Positions 41,450 through 47,744 of a DNA stretch of 47,744 bases are shown here, piece by piece. Numbering within the stretch: position 1 is the first letter of the stretch; each line of letters starts with the position of its first letter. The stretch comes from Comamonadaceae bacterium (lineage in GTDB: Bacteria > Pseudomonadota > Gammaproteobacteria > Burkholderiales > Burkholderiaceae_C), in assembly GCA_037447395.1 (NCBI GenBank), contig JBBIGT010000001.1, positions 1 through 47,744 on the forward strand, read 5' to 3'. Made by a program: the position numbers and the translations under genes. A model generated the notes under the pieces. It saw nothing but the letters and a program-made list of their open reading frames with translations, was not told the DNA's origin and searched no databases.

Positions 41450-42865
41450 ATGGCAAAGACCGTCGCAGACGTGATGAAGATGGTGAAAGACAACGAAGTC
41501 AAATTCGTTGACTTCCGTTTCACCGATACCCGTGGCAAAGAGCAGCACGTCACCGTGCCGATCTCGGCTTTTGACGAAGACAAATTCACCGGTGGCCATG
41601 CGTTTGACGGCTCGTCGGTGGCCGGCTGGAAAGGCATTGAAGCGTCGGACATGCAACTCATGCCCGACCCCAATACCGCCAACATCGATCCGTTCTATGA
41701 AGAGACCACCTTGTTCCTGCAATGTGACGTGGTCGAGCCCGGTGACGGCAAAGCCTACGACCGTGATCCGCGCTCGATCGCGCACCGCGCCGAAGCCTAC
41801 CTGAAGGCCTCTGGTATTGGTGACACCGCTTACTTCGGCCCCGAACCCGAATTTTTCATTTTTGACAACGTCTACTGGAAAAACGAGCCCGGCAACGTCG
41901 GCTTCCAGATCGAAGAGTACGAAGCGCCCTGGAACAGTGGTGCCAAGCTCGAAGGCGGCAACCGCGGCCACCGTCCGACCGTCAAGGGTGGTTATTTCCC
42001 GGTGCCGCCGGTCGACAGCACGCAAGACATGCGCGCCGAGATGGTGCTCATTCTGGAAAGCTTGGGCATTCCGGTCGAAGTGTTCCACCACGAAGTCGCC
42101 GGCGCCGGTCAGAACGAAATCGGCACCAAGTTCAGCACGCTGGTTGAGCGCGCCGACTGGACGCAGGTGTTGAAGTACGTGGTCTGGAACGTCGCCAACG
42201 CCTACGGCAAGACGGCCACCTTCATGCCCAAGCCCTACGCCGGTGACAACGGTAGCGGCATGCACGTGCACCAGTCGGTCTGGAAGGACGGCAAGAACCT
42301 GTTCGCCGGCGACGGCTACGCTGGCTTGAGCGACTTTGCGCTGTACTACATCGGCGGCATCATCAAGCACGCCCGTGCGCTGAACGCCATCACCAACCCC
42401 GGCACCAACAGCTACAAGCGTCTGGTGCCTGGCTTTGAAGCACCGGTGAAACTGGCCTACAGTTCACGCAATCGTTCCGCCTCGATCCGCATTCCGCACG
42501 TGGCCAATCCCAAGGGCCGCCGCATCGAAGCGCGCTTCCCCGATCCGTCGGCCAATCCGTACCTGTGCTTCTCGGCCTTGCTGATGGCGGGTCTGGACGG
42601 TGTCGAAAACAAGATCCATCCGGGCGAGGCCGCCACCAAGGACCTGTACCACCTGCCGCCGGAAGAAGACGCCAAGATCCCAACCGTTTGCCACAGTCTT
42701 GATCAGGCGCTGGACTACCTCGACAAGGACCGTGGCTTCCTGACCAAGGGCGGTGTCTTCTCCGAGACCATGCTTGACGCCTACATCGAGCTGAAGATGG
42801 CCGAGGTGCAACGCTTTCGCATGGCGCCGCACCCGGTCGAGTACGACATGTACTACTCGTTGTAA
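41450..42865 (+). CDS. glnA: Glutamine synthetase type I
   Basis: [46 protein letters not shown] adenylylation site. Confidence 0.98.
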   Translation: MAKTVADVMKMVKDNEVKFVDFRFTDTRGKEQHVTVPISAFDEDKFTGGHAFDGSSVAGWKGIEASDMQLMPDPNTANIDPFYEETTLFLQCDVVEPGDGKAYDRDPRSIAHRAEAYLKASGIGDTAYFGPEPEFFIFDNVYWKNEPGNVGFQIEEYEAPWNSGAKLEGGNRGHRPTVKGGYFPVPPVDSTQDMRAEMVLILESLGIPVEVFHHEVAGAGQNEIGTKFSTLVERADWTQVLKYVVWNVANAYGKTATFMPKPYAGDNGSGMHVHQSVWKDGKNLFAGDGYAGLSDFALYYIGGIIKHARALNAITNPGTNSYKRLVPGFEAPVKLAYSSRNRSASIRIPHVANPKGRRIEARFPDPSANPYLCFSALLMAGLDGVENKIHPGEAATKDLYHLPPEEDAKIPTVCHSLDQALDYLDKDRGFLTKGGVFSETMLDAYIELKMAEVQRFRMAPHPVEYDMYYSL

Positions 42866-42881
42866 TCCACGCAACACCCCC

Positions 42882-42911
42882 AAAAAAGGACGGCTGGCCC
42901 GTCCTTTTTTT
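42882..42911 (+). terminator. Intrinsic terminator after glnA
   Basis: AAAAAAGGACGG...CCGTCCTTTTTTT. Confidence 0.88.
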
Positions 42912-42990
42912 ATGTGGGAAACTACGTGCGCACTTCTGCTGAAAAACGCGGTCATGGCAAAGTTTGATCGCCAACAAGCGCGGGACATTT

Positions 42991-43500
42991 ATGAAGCAAT
43001 CGTTGATCTTGACTTTTTCCTTGCTTGTGTTGCTGGCCCCGGCCGTTGCGCAGGAGCCGATCTACCGCTGCGGCAACGAGTACACCAACACCCGGCCCGA
43101 CGCGCGTGCCAAAGGCTGCAAATTGGTCGAAGGCGGCAACCTGACGGTGATCCAGGCGGTCAAGCCCGGCAAAGGCGCGTCGCCCAAGGTCTCTGGTGCG
43201 GCGACCAATGGCGCCAGCAGCGCGCCGCGCGTCTCCAGCACGGAACAAAATGCCCGCGACCAGGACGCGCGCCGCATCCTGCAGGAAGAGCTCAAGCGGG
43301 CGCAGGCGCGCCAGGACGAGCTGAAAAAGGAATACAACAACGGCGAGCCGGAGAAGCGCGCCGAAGAAACGCGCAACCATCAAAAATACCTTGACCGCGT
43401 GGCCGAACTGAAAGCCAACTTGGCGCGCAATGAGAGCGACATCGCCGGCATCCAGCGCGAGCTGGCGCGCCTGCCGGGCGGCGCCGGCACCGGCCAATGA
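42991..43500 (+). CDS. Exported coiled-coil protein (DUF4124-like) between glnA and ntrB
   Basis: Signal peptide, IYRC...YTN...GCK, QNARD..ARRIL..EL, RNHQKYLDRV. Confidence 0.75.
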   Translation: MKQSLILTFSLLVLLAPAVAQEPIYRCGNEYTNTRPDARAKGCKLVEGGNLTVIQAVKPGKGASPKVSGAATNGASSAPRVSSTEQNARDQDARRILQEELKRAQARQDELKKEYNNGEPEKRAEETRNHQKYLDRVAELKANLARNESDIAGIQRELARLPGGAGTGQ

Positions 43501-44591
43501 CTGAGTCCCCCCGACCTCCGGTGGCCTTATCTGAACCCGCTGCGGCTGAGCGCTACAAGGCGCTGGACTTGCTGGCCACCCTGGTGGCGGTGGTCGATGC
43601 CGGCGGTGTGGTGCTCTTTGCCAACGCCGCGCTGGAGGACGCGCTGGGCATTTCCCGGCGGACGATTGTGGGCTCGCATTTTTGTGACAGCTTTACCGAG
43701 CCCGCGCAGATACACCAGGCCCTGAAGGGTGTCGGCGCAAGCGATTTTTCGGTGCTGCGCTACGACGCGCTGTTGGTACGCATGGCGCGCGAGGCCTTGC
43801 CGGTGCACGTCATCGTCTCACTGGTCGATGGCGGAGACGTGCTGGTCGAGCTGTTGCCGGTGGCGCAACAGGTGCGCCAAGACCGCGAGGAGCGGCTGGC
43901 CGAGCAGGCGCAGGCCAACAAGGAACTCATCCGCAACCTGGCGCATGAGATCAAGAACCCGTTGGGTGGCATCCGTGGTGCGGCGCAGTTGCTGGAGCTG
44001 GAGCTGACGGCGCCCGAACTCAAGGAATACACCCGGGTGATCATTGGCGAGGCCGACCGCCTGCAGTCGCTGGTTGATCGCTTGCTGGCGCCGCACCGCA
44101 AGGCACACGTCGTCGGTGACGTCAATATTCACGAAGTTTGCGAGCGCGTGCGCGCGCTGATTCTGGCCGAGTTCCCCAGCGGCCTGACGCTGCTGCAAGA
44201 CTACGACACGTCGCTGCCCGAGTTTCGCGGTGACGCCGAGCAACTGATCCAGGCGCTGCTGAACATCGCCCACAATGCCTGCCAGGCGCTGACCGAGCGC
44301 ATGATGCAGGGTGATGCGCGTCTGATCTTTCGCACCCGGGTGGCGCGCCAGATCACCTTTGGCAAGCAGCGCTACCGGTTGGCACTGGAATTGCATGTCA
44401 TCGACAACGGACCCGGCGTGCCCGCTGCGATCAAAGACCGCATCTTCTACCCGCTGGTGTCCGGACGTGAAGGTGGATCGGGCCTGGGGCTGACCCTGGC
44501 GCAAACCTTTGTGCAACAACACCATGGCTTGATCGAGTGCGACAGTGCGGCCGGCTTGACGGATTTCAAAATCCTGATTCCGCTGCCGTGA
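43497..44591 (+). CDS. glnL: Nitrogen regulation sensor kinase NtrB
   Basis: PAS domain, LAHEIKNPLGGIRGAAQLL, DNGPG, GGSGLGL. Confidence 0.96.
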   Translation: MTESPRPPVALSEPAAAERYKALDLLATLVAVVDAGGVVLFANAALEDALGISRRTIVGSHFCDSFTEPAQIHQALKGVGASDFSVLRYDALLVRMAREALPVHVIVSLVDGGDVLVELLPVAQQVRQDREERLAEQAQANKELIRNLAHEIKNPLGGIRGAAQLLELELTAPELKEYTRVIIGEADRLQSLVDRLLAPHRKAHVVGDVNIHEVCERVRALILAEFPSGLTLLQDYDTSLPEFRGDAEQLIQALLNIAHNACQALTERMMQGDARLIFRTRVARQITFGKQRYRLALELHVIDNGPGVPAAIKDRIFYPLVSGREGGSGLGLTLAQTFVQQHHGLIECDSAAGLTDFKILIPLP

Positions 44592-44621
44592 CGACAGGCC
44601 AGGAAAGAGCGCTGAAACCCT

Positions 44622-46277
44622 ATGAAATCCATCTGGATTGTTGACGACGACCCGTCGATCCGCTTTGTTCTGGAGAAAGCGCTGGCGCGCGAGGGCCTGC
44701 CCACGCGCAGTTTTGCCAGCGCGCGCGAGGTGCTGACGGCGCTGGACGCCGCCGACGACCGCGGCCCGCAGGTGATGGTCAGCGACATCCGCATGCCCGG
44801 CGCCTCGGGGCTGGAGTTGCTGGAAAAAGTCAAAGTGCGCTTGCCCGGCCTGCCGGTGATCGTCATGACCGCGTACTCTGATCTGGACAGCGCGGTGTCG
44901 GCGTTTCAGGGGGGCGCCTTCGAGTACCTGCCCAAACCGTTTGACCTGACCAAGGCCGTCGAGCTGATCCGCCGCGCGGTGGACGAAAGCCGCCGCGAAG
45001 AGGTGGTTGAAGAGCAGGCGGCGCCGGCACCCGAGATGCTCGGCCAGGCGCCGGCCATGCAAGACGTCTTCCGCGCCATCGGCCGCCTGAGTCAGAGCAA
45101 CGTCACGGTGCTGATCACCGGCGAGTCGGGCTCCGGCAAAGAGTTGGTGGCGCGCGCCTTGCACAAGCACTCACCGCGCGCGGGCGGGCCGTTCATCGCC
45201 ATCAACACCGCGGCGATCCCCAAGGACTTGCTGGAGAGCGAGCTGTTTGGCCACGAGCGCGGTGCCTTCACCGGCGCCCAGACCATGCGTCGGGGCCGCT
45301 TCGAGCAGGCCGACGGTGGCACGCTGTTTCTCGACGAAATTGGCGACATGCCGTTCGACCTGCAAACCCGGCTGCTGCGCGTGCTCTCTGACGGCCACTT
45401 TTACCGCGTCGGTGGTCACAGTGCGGTCAAGACCAACGTGCGCGTGATCGCCGCGACGCACCAGCATCTGGAGCAGCGCGTCAAGGACGGCAGCTTCCGT
45501 GAAGACTTGTTTCACCGCCTCAACGTCATCCGCCTGCGCCTGCCGGCGCTGCGCGAGCGCCGCGAGGACATTGCCGCGCTGACGCGCCACTTTCTGCAAC
45601 AAAGCGCGGCGCAGCTGGGCGTCGAGGCCAAACGCATCTCTGAGGTGGCGCTGGCGAGGCGCCGCGAGGACATTGCCGCGCTGACGCGCCACTTTCTGCA
45701 ACAAAGCGCGGCGCAGCTGGGCGTCGAGGCCAAACGCATCTCTGAGGTGGCGCTGGCGTGGCTGGGTCGCTTTGACTTCCCCGGCAACGTGCGCCAGCTG
45801 GAGAACATGTGCCACTGGCTGACGGTGATGGCGCCGGCACAGCTCATCGAGGCCAAAGACTTGCCGCCGGAAGTTGGCGTTGCGGTGGACCAGGGTTATA
45901 CACAAAATATGCCCCTAGCCCATATAAATAAATGGCAGGAAGATACAGAACTAATAGCGCAAGACGGCGCGGTGGGGGCCCCGCCGGATGACGTGGCGTC
46001 GCTCGGGGCAGGGCTGGCCGGGGCGGGTGCCGCAGCGGGTCACAGCGGGGCGCCGACACCGGCGTTGACCTGGGAGCTGGGCTTGCAGGCCGACGCCAAC
46101 GCATTGCTGGCGGCCGACCGCGGCGACGTGTGGGACGTGCTGACGCGCCGCTTTGAGGCGCGGCTGATCGAGGCGGCGTTGGCCAACACCCGCGGGCGGC
46201 GCGTTGAGGCGGCGCAAAAGCTTGGCATCGGCCGCAACACCATCACGCGCAAGATTCAGGAACTGGGCCTGGAGTGA
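44622..46277 (+). CDS. glnG: Nitrogen regulation response regulator NtrC (carries a 34-aa internal duplication)
   Basis: Receiver domain, GESGSGKE, ESELFGHERGAFTGA, FPGNVRQLEN, HTH LGIGRNTITRKI. Confidence 0.96.
   Translation: MKSIWIVDDDPSIRFVLEKALAREGLPTRSFASAREVLTALDAADDRGPQVMVSDIRMPGASGLELLEKVKVRLPGLPVIVMTAYSDLDSAVSAFQGGAFEYLPKPFDLTKAVELIRRAVDESRREEVVEEQAAPAPEMLGQAPAMQDVFRAIGRLSQSNVTVLITGESGSGKELVARALHKHSPRAGGPFIAINTAAIPKDLLESELFGHERGAFTGAQTMRRGRFEQADGGTLFLDEIGDMPFDLQTRLLRVLSDGHFYRVGGHSAVKTNVRVIAATHQHLEQRVKDGSFREDLFHRLNVIRLRLPALRERREDIAALTRHFLQQSAAQLGVEAKRISEVALARRREDIAALTRHFLQQSAAQLGVEAKRISEVALAWLGRFDFPGNVRQLENMCHWLTVMAPAQLIEAKDLPPEVGVAVDQGYTQNMPLAHINKWQEDTELIAQDGAVGAPPDDVASLGAGLAGAGAAAGHSGAPTPALTWELGLQADANALLAADRGDVWDVLTRRFEARLIEAALANTRGRRVEAAQKLGIGRNTITRKIQELGLE
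45557..45758 (+). repeat. Exact tandem duplication, 100 bp x2, period 102 bp, in frame
   Basis: 45557-45656 is identical to 45659-45758; protein RREDIAALTRHFLQQSAAQLGVEAKRISEVALA appears twice. Confidence 0.95.
45896..45959 (+). repeat. Dispersed motif, copy 8 (inside the ntrC AAA+-HTH linker, sense)
   Basis: TACACAAAAT ATGCCCC TAGCCC ATATAAATAAA TGGC AGGA AGATAC AGAACTA ATAGCG. Confidence 0.85.
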
Positions 46278-46290
46278 AAGGGTTTTCGTC

Positions 46291-46833
46291 ATGACTGCCG
46301 AGGCACAAACCATCGTTCTTGCTGGTGGTTGCTTCTGGTGCACGGAGGCGGTCTACGTCAACGTCAAAGGCGTGCTCGACGTCGAATCGGGCTACAGCAA
46401 CGGCCATGTGCAGCAGCCCACCTACGAGCAGGTGTGCAGCGGGCGCAGCGGCCACGCGGAGGTCGTTAAATTGGTGTTCGATTCGGCACAAATCAGCCTG
46501 CGCGAGATTCTGGAAATCTTCTTTGTCATCCACGACCCGACGACGCGCAACGCGCAGGGCAACGACCACGGCACGCAGTACCGCAGCGGCATCTACACCC
46601 GCACCGCCGCGCAGGCTGAGGTCGCGCACGCGGTGCTGGCCGAGTTGAGCGCCAGTGGCATTTACAGCCGCCCGGTGGTGACCGAGGTGCAGCCGCTGGC
46701 CAATTACTGGCCCGCCGAGGATTACCATCAGGACTTCTTTGCCCGCAACCCGCAGCAAGGCTATTGCCTGGCCGTGGCCGCACCCAAGGTGGCCAGGTTT
46801 CGCCAGACATTTGCCCGGCTGGTGCGCGACTGA
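46291..46833 (+). CDS. msrA: Peptide methionine sulfoxide reductase A
   Basis: GGCFWCTE, PTYEQVCSG.SGHAEVV, HDPT, QGND.GTQYRSGIY, AEDYHQ. Confidence 0.96.
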   Translation: MTAEAQTIVLAGGCFWCTEAVYVNVKGVLDVESGYSNGHVQQPTYEQVCSGRSGHAEVVKLVFDSAQISLREILEIFFVIHDPTTRNAQGNDHGTQYRSGIYTRTAAQAEVAHAVLAELSASGIYSRPVVTEVQPLANYWPAEDYHQDFFARNPQQGYCLAVAAPKVARFRQTFARLVRD

Positions 46834-46851
46834 ACCGACCGGGTGGCGCGG

Positions 46852-47721
46852 TCAGTTCAGCGCCATACCGGCGGCCAGCGCCGCGATGTTGTGGCGCATC
46901 ATCTGCAAATACGTTGGGGCCGGTTCGTTGGCACCGGACAGCGCGTCGACGTAAAGCGTTGGCCCCAGGCGCACACCGGTGTCGCGGGCAATTTGGGTGA
47001 GCAACTTGGCGTCGCGCAGGTTCTCGACGAACACCGCCTTGATGTGCTCGCGCTGGATCTGTCGGATCAGTTGCGCGACCGCTTTGGCGCTGGGCTGGGC
47101 GTCGGGGTTGACGCCTTGCGGTGCCAAAAATTTGATCTGGTAGCGCGCGGCCAGATAGCCCAACGCATCGTGTGAGGTGATGGCGCGGCGCTGCGGCGGG
47201 CGCAGCGCGGCAAACTGGCGGCGCGCCCACAGATCCAGGTCACGCAGCTCGGCAATGTACTTTTCGCTATTTTGTTGATAGCTACTGGCACCCTGTGGAT
47301 CAAGTTGGCTGAGCGCTTGGCTGATGTTCTGCACGTAAATCTCGACGTTGCTCGGGTCCTGCCAGGCGTGCGGGTCCCGCGCGCGCGCCGCAATTCCCTG
47401 GCTAGCCACCAGCGTGCGGCCTGTGTAGTTGGCCGAGCGCGCCAGTTTCTCCGCCCACGGCTCGAACGCCAGGCCGTTGATGACCAGCAAACGCGCGTTC
47501 AGCAGCGCGCGGGCGTGCGCTGGCGTCGGGGCAAATTCGTGGGCGTCGGCGTTGGCGCCGACCAGGGTCGTCACCCGCACCCGTGCGCCGCCGACGCCGC
47601 GCACCAGGTCGGCCAGGATGCTGAAGCTGGCGACCACCGGCAGCGCTTCGCCGGCCGGCGCGCGCGCCAGCACGCCGGTTGCTGCCGCGCCTGCCAGCCA
47701 TTTCAAAAATTGACGTTTCAT
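46852..47721 (-). CDS. Zn/Mn ABC transporter substrate-binding protein (TroA/ZnuA family)
   Basis: VVASFSILAD, DAHEF, DPHAW, TSHDALGY, VFVE, YVDALS. Confidence 0.92.
   Translation of the reverse strand: MKRQFLKWLAGAAATGVLARAPAGEALPVVASFSILADLVRGVGGARVRVTTLVGANADAHEFAPTPAHARALLNARLLVINGLAFEPWAEKLARSANYTGRTLVASQGIAARARDPHAWQDPSNVEIYVQNISQALSQLDPQGASSYQQNSEKYIAELRDLDLWARRQFAALRPPQRRAITSHDALGYLAARYQIKFLAPQGVNPDAQPSAKAVAQLIRQIQREHIKAVFVENLRDAKLLTQIARDTGVRLGPTLYVDALSGANEPAPTYLQMMRHNIAALAAGMALN
47265..47291 (-). repeat. Dispersed motif, copy 9 (partial; inside the metal-binding protein gene, sense)
   Basis: Minus strand GTGC CAGT AGCTAT CAACAAA ATAGCG; the TAGCCC half is not recognisable. Confidence 0.65.
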
Positions 47722-47744
47722 GGGGGGGTGATGGATCAGGGTTG

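Overview
GC-rich betaproteobacterial chromosome segment; gene order and protein style suggest Burkholderiales, probably Comamonadaceae (Rhodoferax/Polaromonas-like; inference). Mostly core genes: tRNA-Pro, ispB, rplU-rpmA-obgE, rpsP-rimM-trmD-rplS, hisC, rsgA, orn, a DEAD-box helicase, serC-pheA-tyrA-aroA/cmk-rpsA-ihfB-lapAB-hldA-hldD, gyrA, ompA, maoC/pta-ackA, glnA-ntrBC and msrA. There is one accessory block: a tungsten-type aldehyde oxidoreductase (AOR) operon followed by a truncated orphan ccdA. The most striking unexplained signal is a dispersed ~60-bp AT-rich DNA motif with invariant spacing, (A/T tract)-N7-TAGCCC-N11-GCGC-N4-AGCTAY-N7-ATAGC. It occurs 9 times (8 full, 1 partial). Three copies are intergenic or overlap a start codon. 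Six are written into protein-coding genes (rsgA, aorC, aroA, an rsuA-like gene, ntrC, a metal-binding protein) in different frames and both orientations, partly through synonymous recoding of conserved residues. Other oddities are a 102-bp in-frame tandem duplication in ntrC, a comEA-crcB read-through across a terminator, a 15-bp motif shared upstream of the AOR and maoC/pta-ackA operons, and an IHF site overlapping a promoter inside cmk. All calls were made by eye, without database searches.
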